A stretch of DNA of 64,000 nucleotides, taken from the NCBI GenBank assembly GCA_030612705.1, contig JAUWNI010000004.1, forward strand, positions 4,703 through 68,702. The letters are read 5' to 3'. Source of the DNA: Phycisphaerae bacterium (lineage in GTDB: Bacteria; Planctomycetota; Phycisphaerae; UBA1845; Fen-1342). The first letter of the stretch is position 1. Each line of letters starts with the position of its first letter. Both the position numbers and the translations under genes were made by a program. The notes under the pieces were generated by a model that was not told where the DNA came from, did not search any database, and saw only the letters and a program-made list of their open reading frames with translations. This document shows, piece by piece, positions 44,631 through 54,627 of the stretch.

Positions 44631-45842
44631 TCAGATCACAGGTCGGCCCGCGATCCAGACGGCGTTTGCGGGGGCGGGACTGTCTATCAGTGCGCGGATC
44701 GGGTCGTTGATGTTCGGCGCGCATGAAAACGCCGACAGATCAGCCTGTTTACCCGGCTCCAATGATCCGATTTGTTCATCGAGGTTGAGAGCACGGGCGG
44801 CATCCAGTGTGACCATTTGCAGCAGTTCATCAGGCGGGGGTGGGTTTGCCACCTGTGTACGGACGTAGTGCAGTTCGTCGAGCAGCGAAAGACTGTCGTT
44901 ACTCGCCAGGCTGTCGGTGCCCAGCGCGACCGTCACGCCCGCCGCCCGCATTCTCATAAACGGGTGCGGCGAGTGGCCGAAGAAATGGTGGGATCGGGGG
45001 CAGTAGATGACGACGTGACCGACGTCGGCCAATTGTCCGAATTCGTCGTCCGTGACGTAGTTCGCATGCGCGATCGAACCGGGACGAACTCCTTGGGAGC
45101 ACTCCGCTAAAAGCGCGATAGGCGAACAATGTGGTGCTTTGATGCCGCATTGAGCGAGCAATTTCTCAATCGTTGGGCTCAGTGCGCCCTTTTCGCCGCG
45201 CAGGTACGCGACTTCTTCCGGGGTCTCGGCCAGATGCATGGTCCAGGGCCGCCGGATTTCATCGGCCAGCGCGATTGCGGAACGAATCTGATCGAAGGGG
45301 ACGGTGTAGGGAGTGTGCGGCGAGATGCCGACGGTCAGCAATTCATCCTCGACGACCTCCCGCGCGCCGCGGCGGAGTTCGTCGGGATTGCGCGGCGGAT
45401 GGTCGGCGAGCGTGAGCAGTTCGACGAAGCAGACCTTGCGGATCGGGAGCTGTTTGAGGACGGGCCAGGCGCAGTTGCGCCGCGAGATATCGCCGACGCA
45501 GGTAACGCCGGCTCGTAGCGATTGCCGGGCACCGTCTATCACGGCGTCTCGTTCACGCTCCAGTTGTCCCGGTTTAGATCGCAGCCGAATGAGTTGCTCG
45601 ATCCAGTTCCAGAATCGCGCCGGTTTTAGCAGATTGGCGTAACAGCTCAGTTCGAGGTGCGAATGCGGGTTGACGAACCCGGGCGTCAGAATCACGTTAC
45701 CGAGATCGGTGACTTGTGTTGCCGTTGACGGAAGCGCGGACACCGCTCCGACGGCGACGACCCGGCCGTCGGCAATCTCGACGTAACCCGCATGGATCGG
45801 GGGCGAGGTAACCGGTACCACCCAGGCGGCCTTAAGTATCAC
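44631..45842 (-). CDS. Amidohydrolase-superfamily nucleoside deaminase (MtaD / aminodeoxyfutalosine-deaminase-like)
   Basis: GFVNPHSHLELS is the metal-binding HxH motif. LAETPEEVAYL, HANYVTDDE and ALGTDSLASN follow, in the chlorohydrolase/MTA-deaminase family pattern. Confidence 0.7.
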   Translation of the reverse strand: MILKAAWVVPVTSPPIHAGYVEIADGRVVAVGAVSALPSTATQVTDLGNVILTPGFVNPHSHLELSCYANLLKPARFWNWIEQLIRLRSKPGQLERERDAVIDGARQSLRAGVTCVGDISRRNCAWPVLKQLPIRKVCFVELLTLADHPPRNPDELRRGAREVVEDELLTVGISPHTPYTVPFDQIRSAIALADEIRRPWTMHLAETPEEVAYLRGEKGALSPTIEKLLAQCGIKAPHCSPIALLAECSQGVRPGSIAHANYVTDDEFGQLADVGHVVIYCPRSHHFFGHSPHPFMRMRAAGVTVALGTDSLASNDSLSLLDELHYVRTQVANPPPPDELLQMVTLDAARALNLDEQIGSLEPGKQADLSAFSCAPNINDPIRALIDSPAPANAVWIAGRPVI

Positions 45843-46858
45843 GACTGTGTGCTATCCTCGGCTTGTTGATCGAGAGTGTCGGGATCGTCGCGCTCGTGGT
45901 CGTAGCGGCGGCGCTGCTGGTCGAGGAAATATTCGTAGTCGAATTCGTAACCGCCCTCGCGCCGACGCGAATCGCCGCGGCCCGACAAAGACCCATGACC
46001 TTCGAACCACGTTCGCCAATCCCAGCCGATTTGGCCGCTGGCGATGTGGTGCTGCATGGACGATTCGCAGTGGCAAACGCCGGGTGTGCGCCGCAATACT
46101 TCGGTCAGGCGTTCGAGCAGGCGCGGCAAGCGTTCGACGGCGGCGGCGGTGCGTTGATCCTGGCTCTTCTGGTCGAGAACGTGGCCGTCTTCGAAAGGTC
46201 GAAAATCGCTCCCGGTTTCGGCGTAGCCGGCGACGTAGCACAGGCTGGCATAGCACATCTGCAACTCTTTGGCGAGGAAAACCTCCGGCGCCAGCGTCGT
46301 GCCGAGTAGCTCACCGCCCAAGGCGGCGTACTTACGGACTTCGGCGGGGGTTTCGCGGCGGGGGCCCTCGATGCAGACGTAGATGGCGTGCTCGGCAAAC
46401 TTAGACCCCTCTTCCTCGAGCGTCGTCGCGAACGCCTTGCGGAGCGACGGGCAGAAGACGGGCCACTGCCGCACGACCCCGAGCCCGCGGTTTTCGAAGA
46501 AGGTGTTGGGGCGCAGGTGGGTTTCGTCGATCAGGTCGTCGACGATGACGTACTGGCCGATGGTGTAGTTGTGACAGATAGCGCGGGTTTCGCTCCAGGA
46601 GACGATGGCGCGTACGCCGAGGTCTTTCAGCGCGTAAATGTTGGCGCGGTAGTTGACGAAGCTGGGGGCGAGGTTGAAGCCGGACTCCCCGTGTCGTGAG
46701 AGAAAATAGAACTCGCCGAAGCGCGACGCGCAGAGATAGATCGGCTGTGATTCCCCGAAGGGAGTGTTCTGAGGTCCGAGCCGCTCCGCGAGCAGGGCTC
46801 CTTCCCGCAGCAGATCGTACGCCGCGGTGCCGCCGATGCAGGCCGAGGTCGCTTTCAT
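45839..46858 (-). CDS. mtnP: S-methyl-5'-thioadenosine (or thioinosine) phosphorylase-like protein with an acidic C-terminal tail
   Basis: FLSRHGE, VNYRANIYALKDLGVRAIVSWSE, YVCIEGPRRETPAEVRKYAALGGELLGTTLAPEVFLAKELQMCYA is the MTAP family core. GGAAGGAGA lies upstream of the ATG at 46858; the tracked ORF begins at 46981. There is a 4-nt overlap with the downstream deaminase gene. Confidence 0.75.
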   Translation of the reverse strand: MKATSACIGGTAAYDLLREGALLAERLGPQNTPFGESQPIYLCASRFGEFYFLSRHGESGFNLAPSFVNYRANIYALKDLGVRAIVSWSETRAICHNYTIGQYVIVDDLIDETHLRPNTFFENRGLGVVRQWPVFCPSLRKAFATTLEEEGSKFAEHAIYVCIEGPRRETPAEVRKYAALGGELLGTTLAPEVFLAKELQMCYASLCYVAGYAETGSDFRPFEDGHVLDQKSQDQRTAAAVERLPRLLERLTEVLRRTPGVCHCESSMQHHIASGQIGWDWRTWFEGHGSLSGRGDSRRREGGYEFDYEYFLDQQRRRYDHERDDPDTLDQQAEDSTQS

Positions 46859-47147
46859 CGTCTCCTTCCCACCGTGGTGAGGTTCATTGAAACAGTCGTG
46901 CCGACAAATACCGGAACCCGTCCGGCAATCCTGGTAATGGAATATTCGGTCGCTGGCAACCCGCTTGGCGCGGGGCTTCATTTTGAACGTTGATTCGCCG
47001 CGCCGTGAGTATAGGGCGACGGGCGGAAATCGCCAAACGAATCTTTGAGAATGCCACGGGAGGGGGGGTGCCTAATCTTAGTGGCACCCTCCGTCAGAGT
47101 TTTACGGTGTGCCACTGCTCCTGAGCAGTGCTAAGTATCGCGGGAAG

Positions 47148-47177
47148 CACGGACAAGCAAAATGCCGCTTGTCCGTG
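47148..47177. repeat. CACGGACAAGC hairpin (same family as 29159-29232)
   Basis: CACGGACAAGC-aaaatgcc-GCTTGTCCGTG lies downstream of the PduO-type gene. It may double as a terminator. Confidence 0.7.
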
Positions 47178-47243
47178 GCACCCGGCGAGACCCGACGCCA
47201 CCCACAAGTTCAGCATTGACTGAACACTGGAGGGTTGGTTCGT

Positions 47244-47807
47244 TTACGAGCGGCTGTTCCATACGGGTTCGTCGACGCCGGCCGCCTTGTTCTGGTAGCG
47301 GGCCATGACGAAGAGCAGATCAGAGAGCCGGTTGAAATAGGGGATCAGGTGTTCGCCGATCGGCCCCTTCTCCGCCAGCAGGACCGTGACGCGCTCCGCC
47401 CGTCGGCAGACCGTGCGCGCGACGTGCAAATGCGCGGCGGCGACGTGGCCGCCGGGTAAAACCAGGTTCTTCAACGGCGCCAGTTTTTCATTGAACCGGT
47501 CGGTTAGCTTCTCAAGCGCCGTGACGTGGCGCGTTTCGATCTTCGGGCCGGGTCTTTTCTTGTCGGCTGACTCCGGGGCGGAGAGCTGGGCACCGGCGTG
47601 AAACAACTCGTTTTGGATGCGGCGTAACGGTTCGACCAGTTCCGTGGCCGGGTTCGCGGCCAGCACGACGCCGAGCTGGGCGTTGAGCTCGTCGACGGTG
47701 CCGTGGGCGACGATGCGTGGTGAGGTTTTGGGAACGCGCTCGCCGGTTCCCAGGGCGGTGCTGCCGTCGTCGCCGGTGCGAGTGTAGATTTTGGTCAAGC
47801 GCGGCAT
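47244..47807 (-). CDS. PduO-type ATP:cob(I)alamin adenosyltransferase
   Basis: MPRLTKIYTRTGDDGSTALGTGERVPKTSPRIVAHGTVDELNAQLG and the C-terminal NRLSDLLFVMARY are typical of the family. Confidence 0.9.
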   Translation of the reverse strand: MPRLTKIYTRTGDDGSTALGTGERVPKTSPRIVAHGTVDELNAQLGVVLAANPATELVEPLRRIQNELFHAGAQLSAPESADKKRPGPKIETRHVTALEKLTDRFNEKLAPLKNLVLPGGHVAAAHLHVARTVCRRAERVTVLLAEKGPIGEHLIPYFNRLSDLLFVMARYQNKAAGVDEPVWNSRS

Positions 47808-47850
47808 GGCGGGGCCTCATTCATGGTATCGGTCTTACTAGTGCTCCGTA

Positions 47851-48041
47851 AGTATTGCTTTGATGGGTTCAACCCGAGGAGCCGCGGACTTTAGTCCGCG
47901 CGGCGCCGCGGAGAGTAAAATCTATCCTTCCCAAGGGACCGCGCGGACTGAAATCCGCGGCTCTTCGAGTATTGTTGCCCCCTTCAAGTATTATCACGGT
48001 CTCGAAAGAAACACTACCCGTCAAATCAACCTAGACAAAGC
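47851..48041 (-). repeat. About 200-nt structured intergenic repeat, copy B (inverted relative to 6051-6253)
   Basis: The reverse complement aligns to copy A over both arms. ACTAGTGCTC occurs on both flanks, at 47837-47846 and 48042-48051. Confidence 0.85.
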
Positions 48042-48113
48042 ACTAGTGCTCTGTCAACCATCGATTGACGGGCAGGATTGCCCGGATCGCCGCGGCGCGG
48101 TACACAGCGCCTG

Positions 48114-49013
48114 ATGAGTACGTATCCCTCATCGCGATTCTGGATCGGTCCGTCCGGGTGGAGTTATCCGGATTGGCACGGCGTAGTCTACCCCAAGCGC
48201 AAACCACGCGGGTTCAAGCCGCTGGCGTTTATCGCCGAGCATTTCAACGCCGTCGAGGTAAACTCCAGCTTCTACGCGATTCCGACGCCGCGCGTGACGG
48301 AGAGCTGGATTCCGCTCGTGCCGGCCGACTTTCGTTTCGCGTTCAAGCTCACTCGGAACTTCACACACGACCCCGATCCGGTTCCGGCCCCGGTTGCTCT
48401 GACCGCCTTCTCGGAGGCCCTGCGTCCGGTCGAGCAAGCCGACCGTCTCGGCCCGGTGCTGATGCAGTTTCCATGGTCGTTCCGTTACACAGCCGGCGCG
48501 GCCGAGCGCCTACGGCGTCTGGCGGACGGGTTGGCGGAGTTTGAGCGCGTCGTCGAAGTCCGCCACGCCTCGTGGGCACAGCCGGCGGCACTCGACCTGC
48601 TGCGGCATATCGGCGGCTATTGCAACATCGACCAGCCGCGGCTGCGCAACTGTCTCGGACCGACGCAGCACGTCTTCGGCCCGACGGCATACGTGCGGCT
48701 GCACGGCCGCAACGCGGAAAAGTGGTTCGCCGAGAATATCCCCGGCTATGAAAGGTACAACTACCTTTACAGTCACGAAGAACTACGCGAGTGGATCGGG
48801 CGTCTCAACGCGATCGGCAAACAGGCCGAGCACGTATACGTCTTCGCGAACAATCATTACTGGGGGCAGGGACCGGCCAACGCACTCGAGCTACGGGCGT
48901 TGCTGGAAGACAAGCCCGTCGCGGTGCCGGCTCAGCTATTGGTAACATACCCACGACTAAGCCGGATCGCCTTACCCCCACGCGAGCCGGGGTTGTTCGA
49001 CGCAGGTGTATGA
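48114..49013 (+). CDS. DUF72 family protein
   Basis: FWIGPSGWSYPDWHGVVYP, FNAVEVNSSFYAIP and FRFAFKLTRNFTH are DUF72 motifs. The start is chosen at the ATG at 48114; the tracked ORF begins at 48078. Confidence 0.85.
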   Translation: MSTYPSSRFWIGPSGWSYPDWHGVVYPKRKPRGFKPLAFIAEHFNAVEVNSSFYAIPTPRVTESWIPLVPADFRFAFKLTRNFTHDPDPVPAPVALTAFSEALRPVEQADRLGPVLMQFPWSFRYTAGAAERLRRLADGLAEFERVVEVRHASWAQPAALDLLRHIGGYCNIDQPRLRNCLGPTQHVFGPTAYVRLHGRNAEKWFAENIPGYERYNYLYSHEELREWIGRLNAIGKQAEHVYVFANNHYWGQGPANALELRALLEDKPVAVPAQLLVTYPRLSRIALPPREPGLFDAGV

Positions 49014-49344
49014 TCTTCCGTTGGAAGAAAATGGTTCATCCGGCATTCCGGTGAACTTGAACCGCCAAGACGCCAAGACGCCAAAGTTGAGTGATCATAC
49101 ACCACTCTCGAACGCACTTACCACCACGCTGTCTCTCTCGCCACGAATAGGACCGTAGGGCGTGCCGTGCCCGCCGATCGCCTCCTCGCGCTTATCCCTT
49201 GTTTCACTTGGCGCCTTGGCGGTTTTCATCCTTTCCCGATATGCCGTGACCGTCAACGGCACGAACGCCGACATGACCGTCGACTGCCCGGCCTGCTTGG
49301 CCGGCTCATCTCCTGGTTTGTTGAATTCGACCGAACCGAACAGT

Positions 49345-49887
49345 CTATCGTTCTCGGTCAGGTCGAAGACGCGGATGTGAAAAACCTCGCCGAGTTGATT
49401 GTACGCCGCTCTCCGAAATCGAAGGCGACAACCCGAGCGCGGAAATCATCTCGACGTTGAAACAATTGAGAATCGGCATCAAATCACGCAACGCCAGCTC
49501 ACGTTGCCAGGCCTCCGCGCTCACCGGCGGCAAGTCCCTTTCCGCACGCTCGCCGCTCGGTACGGCATGGGCAATCGCCGCCGACACTCGCGTCCCCTCG
49601 CAGACCGGCGCCGCGCGCACGAACCACCAGCAGGCTTCCGTCTCGTTCGGCGGTCGCGTGGGAACCTCGCAAGATACCAACCGGCCCCGCACGAACAATT
49701 CTCGGCGAGCCGCTTTCAGTAGATAATGGTGTGAAGACGGCACCAGTTCATAGGCCGACTCGCCCACTACATCGCGCGGGCATCCACTGATACTGCGAAT
49801 CGTCAAATCGCGATCCAGCGTGGCGAGTATAGGCGTGATCACGGTATTCCACTCCCGTGTCCCGGCGGGAACCACCCGTCGTCTCAT
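49345..49887 (-). CDS. Hypothetical protein with a PAS-like N-terminal region; the 3' end is possibly frameshifted
   Basis: ILATLDRDLTIRSISGCPRDVVGESAYELVP...CWWFVRAAPV resembles a PAS fold. Third-position GC drops in the last ~45 codons, while another frame becomes coding-like. Confidence 0.4.
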   Translation of the reverse strand: MRRRVVPAGTREWNTVITPILATLDRDLTIRSISGCPRDVVGESAYELVPSSHHYLLKAARRELFVRGRLVSCEVPTRPPNETEACWWFVRAAPVCEGTRVSAAIAHAVPSGERAERDLPPVSAEAWQRELALRDLMPILNCFNVEMISALGLSPSISESGVQSTRRGFSHPRLRPDRER

Positions 49888-50157
49888 CCCTGAAACGTCA
49901 TTGCTACCAACTTCATCTTAAGCAAAGCGCCCCCTGAATCTCTATTAGGGATTTCCCTGAATCCTGCGGGATTTGCGCGCTTTTTTAACGAGACCGATCC
50001 ATGATGTACGGGGCCGAATCAGAATATCGGGTAGCATCGGCTTCTCGCCGGTCCGAGCGTCGCCGAGACGGCGACGCTCCCCGCGTTACCTACAATCCTG
50101 ACGGACACCCGTGACAGATGTGCCCCGAAATCGTTCAGATGCTTATGGCGCCAAGGC

Positions 50158-51465
50158 TTACCAACATACGGTGCCGTAATTCGCGAGCAGTGTCGCTAAA
50201 TCGGCCAAATCCACGCACCCGTCGTGGTCCAGGTCGGCTGCGGGTACAAACCCGGGATCCCCCGCGCACAGTCCGTACGAGCTCAGCAGAAGCGCCAAAT
50301 CTGCCAAATCAACATCCCCGTCGCGATCCAGATCACCTACGCACTGATAACCGATCGCCCAGTCCGCCGCGCACGTCAACACGTCCTCACAGAACACATA
50401 ATCCAACATGCAGAGATTGTCGGCGGTCGCAAGCCCGAGTTGGTCACCGTAGCAGTAAAGCTCGAACATCCCGAACCCGGACGACGTGAACAAATCACCC
50501 GGCCCAAACTCACCGAACAGACTCGGCGATCCCGGCGCCAATGAGAAAATAACCTGATCCTCCCCGGGCGTGAACTGGTATAGCCCATCGCTGTCAAGCA
50601 CGATCATCGCGTCGATGTCGTCATCCAACATCAATCCCAGTGCATACGGCCCGACGTACAACTCTTCATTACCCGCCTCTTGTGGGTCGCGATCAAGGTA
50701 GATGTCCGCCCCGCTGCCAAAACCGGGTAGCACTGACAGGGACGGGCTGTTGGCCGTCAGCGAGAACACAACCTCCGTCGGCCTGCCTTCTCCCTCAGCC
50801 GACTTGTCCCCCCCACGTAGCCGCGATCGCGGCGGCTGCGTCCCGGAACCCGCGTTTACGTTCGACTGCGGAGTCCCCGGCGGAACCGGCGTCGACGGCG
50901 ACACGCCCGGCGGACTCAGCCTGAAATCAACTCCGCCCGCGTCCCCCTGGTTGATTATCAGCGTGTTGTTGTTCGAGTGCGAAGGTCGCCCCGGCGGTAT
51001 AAACCCCATCCGCGTGAACAACAGCAGCGACATGTACGCATCGCCCGCCGCCTGGTTCTTAATCGCCTGGTCCTGAACGTTAAACGGCAACCCCATCGAA
51101 ACCAGCGTCTCGTCCGGCGGCAATCCGCCAACCGCCTGGCGGTCAACCGAGAAGATCAACACAAACTCCGTCGTGATATTTCCCTCCCACGGACCATACG
51201 ACAACGCGTCTATGTCATCCTCGTCGTCAAGCAGAAACATCCCTTCCGCCGATATCACTACCTCCGGAATATCCTGTTCCCCAGGCAACAGCAAATCACC
51301 CGACCGCAAAAATCCCCCCTGCACCTCCGGCGAGAGCGAATCAATCGAAAACAGCGGCGGAAGCAGCGGGTTTCTCGCCGTAACATCATCGTCGCCCGCC
51401 ATAACAACAACGCTGCCGATAAAGAACATAACCGTTGTTACCAAACACAAGACCCGAGCTTTCAT
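50158..51465 (-). CDS. Secreted protein with a C-terminal dockerin-like tandem repeat
   Basis: The signal peptide is MKARVLCLVTTVMFFIGSVVVMAG, with GGAGGGA upstream of the ATG at 51465. The C-terminus reads GDLDRDGDVDLADLALLLSSYG...ADLDHDGCVDLADLATLLANYG. Confidence 0.75.
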   Translation of the reverse strand: MKARVLCLVTTVMFFIGSVVVMAGDDDVTARNPLLPPLFSIDSLSPEVQGGFLRSGDLLLPGEQDIPEVVISAEGMFLLDDEDDIDALSYGPWEGNITTEFVLIFSVDRQAVGGLPPDETLVSMGLPFNVQDQAIKNQAAGDAYMSLLLFTRMGFIPPGRPSHSNNNTLIINQGDAGGVDFRLSPPGVSPSTPVPPGTPQSNVNAGSGTQPPRSRLRGGDKSAEGEGRPTEVVFSLTANSPSLSVLPGFGSGADIYLDRDPQEAGNEELYVGPYALGLMLDDDIDAMIVLDSDGLYQFTPGEDQVIFSLAPGSPSLFGEFGPGDLFTSSGFGMFELYCYGDQLGLATADNLCMLDYVFCEDVLTCAADWAIGYQCVGDLDRDGDVDLADLALLLSSYGLCAGDPGFVPAADLDHDGCVDLADLATLLANYGTVCW

Positions 51466-51789
51466 CCCTGATCCCTCCATGACATCTGAAACCGCTTGCC
51501 GAGTTGACATACCTCTCCCATCAAAAACCCCACTATGTTATCGTAGTCAAGCAGACCCGCCTTCCGATAAGAAAAAAACAGGATTTTTCGCGTGCATGAC
51601 AACCGGGACGGTCTCTGGGGGAGGCCGTAGCGTCCGCCCCCCGCGGCGGACGTCGAGAACCGGGAACCGTTCGTCGTTTCACGGCCGCCACGGAGGGCAG
51701 CCGTTGCATGTCCAGGCCCAAAGCATTCCCCGCCTGGAGTGTTATATGCCCGGATTTTTCACACCCGGCCTAATAACACCACCAGATAC

Positions 51790-54627
51790 CTACGGCGACG
51801 CGGCACCATTTACCCCCAACCACCCGGGCCAGCCCTCATCTTCCCGTAACTTGATCAACAAAAACTTAGCCCGAAAACAGTAGTTCTCATTATCGTACTG
51901 ATCGCACGCCGCTTTGAGGCTGGTAAGCGCTTGCTCACTCCGCCCGTCCGTGAGCTCACGCACACCCCTGAAGAAAAACGCCCCCGCCAGACGAAGCCGC
52001 TCATCGTCACGCCGCTCCGTCCCTTCCCGCGCCGCCGCCTCCAAAGACGACCAGTCGACATCCCCACGCACATAGCCCGTCAACACGTTCAACCACTCCG
52101 GCGTCCAGCCCGGCGAAAGCCTGCATTCGCTGCACGTCTCATCCGGCAAGAGACCAGCCGGGGGCGGGCGTCCAATCAGCCGATACGCACTATGGAGGCG
52201 AAGAACGTACTCCGGGTGTTCTCGCGCAAGCTCCACACCCGTTTTCAACACCTCCTCCGCCCTGTCCCAATCGTCCGCACTCGCGGCAATGAGCGCTTCG
52301 TAGAAGCTGTCGTCCGCGTCGTAATTCTGCCGGCGATCGTAGCCGGTCGGTGGTCCATATCGCTTCGCACACATCTGCTCAGCTTCCGCATGTTCGCCGC
52401 GCCAAAAATGTAACCGCATCTGATACGCGTAGCGCTCGGACCAATCCGAATTTGTCTTCAGGATGCTCTCATCATCGTAGCGGTTCCATGCGGCGATGGC
52501 GGACCGATAGTCACCGACGCTCTCATAATAATCCGCCTCGGCCGCATAGCCCCGCGGGCTGGTCGGCTGAACATTCTGGGCATCGATTGCAGCGGACAGG
52601 CTGCCGGCGTACGCCCTCTCGGCAGCTTCGGTCTTGCCCTCGGCTTCGTAGATCTCCGCCGCCAGATAATGCGTGATCGATAAAAGGTAGCGCGGATATG
52701 CTTTCCCCGGCTGGAGATCAGCCGCGATCTCAAGCTGGCCGACCGCCTTTTCGTAGTAGCTGATCGCGAGCAGGGGGTCGCGGGCGCGCCAGGAATACAT
52801 GATCTGGTTCATCGCGCGACCCTGGTGAAGCATCGCTTGCGTAAACGTGAAGCCTTCCCGGCCGGCCGCCTTGAGCGCCTGGTCGAACGAGTCCACCGCT
52901 TCCTCCGGGCCGCTCCCCCAGACTGCCTGGGCGCGGAAAAACCAACCCGCCGCGCTCGGTTCCACATCAGGCGGATGCCGACACGCGTCGCCAAGCCCGA
53001 TGTGACGTTCGGCGTCCGCCCACATTTCCACGCCTTGCGTGTACCCGCGACGTACGTACGCCCACGCCAGAAGATAGTGCGCGTCAACGTCGCCCGGACG
53101 CTCTTCGAGCAAGCCCTCCAATAGCTCGATCGACTTCTTCGGCTCCGTGCGAATGTGCGCGAACGCCTCAACAAACTTTCGCCGATACCGGTCACTACCG
53201 ACCCGGCTAACCCAACTCAACTTCCCCCGCGCGCGTTCCCATTCACGATAATCATCGAGCAGGACAGCCTCGGCCTTGTCGATTTCGCCGTTGGCGGTTG
53301 TGGAGAAGAAGCTCAAAAGCAGCGGGATCACAACAACGAGCACCGCCGACGTCGCCATGACTCCCGCGCGCCACGGATGCCGACGCGTCCACCGCACCGC
53401 CTTGCCCAACGGCCCCACCGGCCGGCTCGCAATCGGAAACCCTTCCGCATACCGCCGCAGGTCATGTGCCATCTCCCCCGCGGTCGGAAAACGCCGCCGC
53501 GGCTCCTTCTCCATCGCCCGCAAGCAGATCGTCTCGAGATCCATGGGAATCCGCGGATCAATCCGTCGCGGCGGCCTCGGCTCACGCTTTAGAATCTGGT
53601 GGATCGTCTGCTCGTATGTCTCCCCCTGAAATGGCCGCCGCAGCGTCAGCATCACGTACAACGTCACCCCCAGCGAATACACATCGGTCCGCCGATCGAT
53701 CGTCGTGGACGGCCCCGTGATTTGCTCGGGCGACATGTACGCCGGCGTGCCAACCATCTCCGTGCTCCGCGTCAGCCCCGGCTCGTCGAGCACACGTGCC
53801 AGCCCGAAATCCGTGATGTGCAACTCGTCGTCCGGCCCCAGCAGCAGATTCTGCGGCTTGATATCGCGATGAACCACCCCCTGCTCGTGCGCATGGTGCA
53901 AACCTTCCGCCACCCCCGCCGCCAGACGCACGATCCGTTTGTAATCGCGCGCCGGCCCGAGTCGATGCGTTATCCGGCTCAGTCGAATCGTCGATACCGC
54001 CGACCGCAACAACACCGTCGGCGACCTCAGCAGCCATGTGGTCCCCTCGGCCGCCTCACGCTCGTCCGTCTCCCGGCCCTCACTACTGCTCTCCCGCTCT
54101 CGACGCAGCACCTGGTCGAGCGATTCTCCCTCGACAAGCTCCATCGCGTAATAAAAGTAATCCCCCTCATGACCCTGGGCGTAAATCGGCACGATATTGG
54201 TGTGGTGCAGCCGGCCCGCCGCCTGCGCTTCCCGCGTGAACCGTGACACCGACCGTTCACTTTGCACCAGCCCGGCCGAAAGCAGCTTCAACGCCACGAT
54301 GCGATTGAGCGAAATCTGCCGCGCGCGGTAAACCACCCCCATCCCCCCCCGACCCAACTCCTCGAGTATCTCAAAATCCCCCAGCCGCGTATGCGCTGCC
54401 AGCACTGTCGGCTGGATCGGCCGCGATCGGCTCTGACTCGAATTCCACGCCGATTGCTCGGCGGAGCGCGCCACGCCCAAGTCGCCTACCAGCGCCCGCA
54501 TTTCCCGATACTTAGCCGCGCACGCCCGGCAATCATCAAGGTGCGCTTTGACGGAGCAAGCCTGCTCGGACGTCAGCTCCCCCTCAATATAATCCAGCAG
54601 CAGTTCCCCGACCGCCTCGCAGGTCAT
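51790..54627 (-). CDS. Anti-sigma (zf-HC2)-Ser/Thr protein kinase-TM-TPR fusion protein, 945 aa
   Basis: The N-terminal CEAVGELLLDYIEGELTSEQACSVKAHLDDCRAC is a zf-HC2 anti-sigma motif. The kinase motifs are LGRGGMGVVYRA, HRDIKPQNLLL, DFGLAR and GTPAYMSPEQ. A hydrophobic segment (AGVMATSAVLVVVIPLLLSFF) and TPR-like repeats follow. Confidence 0.88.
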   Translation of the reverse strand: MTCEAVGELLLDYIEGELTSEQACSVKAHLDDCRACAAKYREMRALVGDLGVARSAEQSAWNSSQSRSRPIQPTVLAAHTRLGDFEILEELGRGGMGVVYRARQISLNRIVALKLLSAGLVQSERSVSRFTREAQAAGRLHHTNIVPIYAQGHEGDYFYYAMELVEGESLDQVLRRERESSSEGRETDEREAAEGTTWLLRSPTVLLRSAVSTIRLSRITHRLGPARDYKRIVRLAAGVAEGLHHAHEQGVVHRDIKPQNLLLGPDDELHITDFGLARVLDEPGLTRSTEMVGTPAYMSPEQITGPSTTIDRRTDVYSLGVTLYVMLTLRRPFQGETYEQTIHQILKREPRPPRRIDPRIPMDLETICLRAMEKEPRRRFPTAGEMAHDLRRYAEGFPIASRPVGPLGKAVRWTRRHPWRAGVMATSAVLVVVIPLLLSFFSTTANGEIDKAEAVLLDDYREWERARGKLSWVSRVGSDRYRRKFVEAFAHIRTEPKKSIELLEGLLEERPGDVDAHYLLAWAYVRRGYTQGVEMWADAERHIGLGDACRHPPDVEPSAAGWFFRAQAVWGSGPEEAVDSFDQALKAAGREGFTFTQAMLHQGRAMNQIMYSWRARDPLLAISYYEKAVGQLEIAADLQPGKAYPRYLLSITHYLAAEIYEAEGKTEAAERAYAGSLSAAIDAQNVQPTSPRGYAAEADYYESVGDYRSAIAAWNRYDDESILKTNSDWSERYAYQMRLHFWRGEHAEAEQMCAKRYGPPTGYDRRQNYDADDSFYEALIAASADDWDRAEEVLKTGVELAREHPEYVLRLHSAYRLIGRPPPAGLLPDETCSECRLSPGWTPEWLNVLTGYVRGDVDWSSLEAAAREGTERRDDERLRLAGAFFFRGVRELTDGRSEQALTSLKAACDQYDNENYCFRAKFLLIKLREDEGWPGWLGVNGAASP

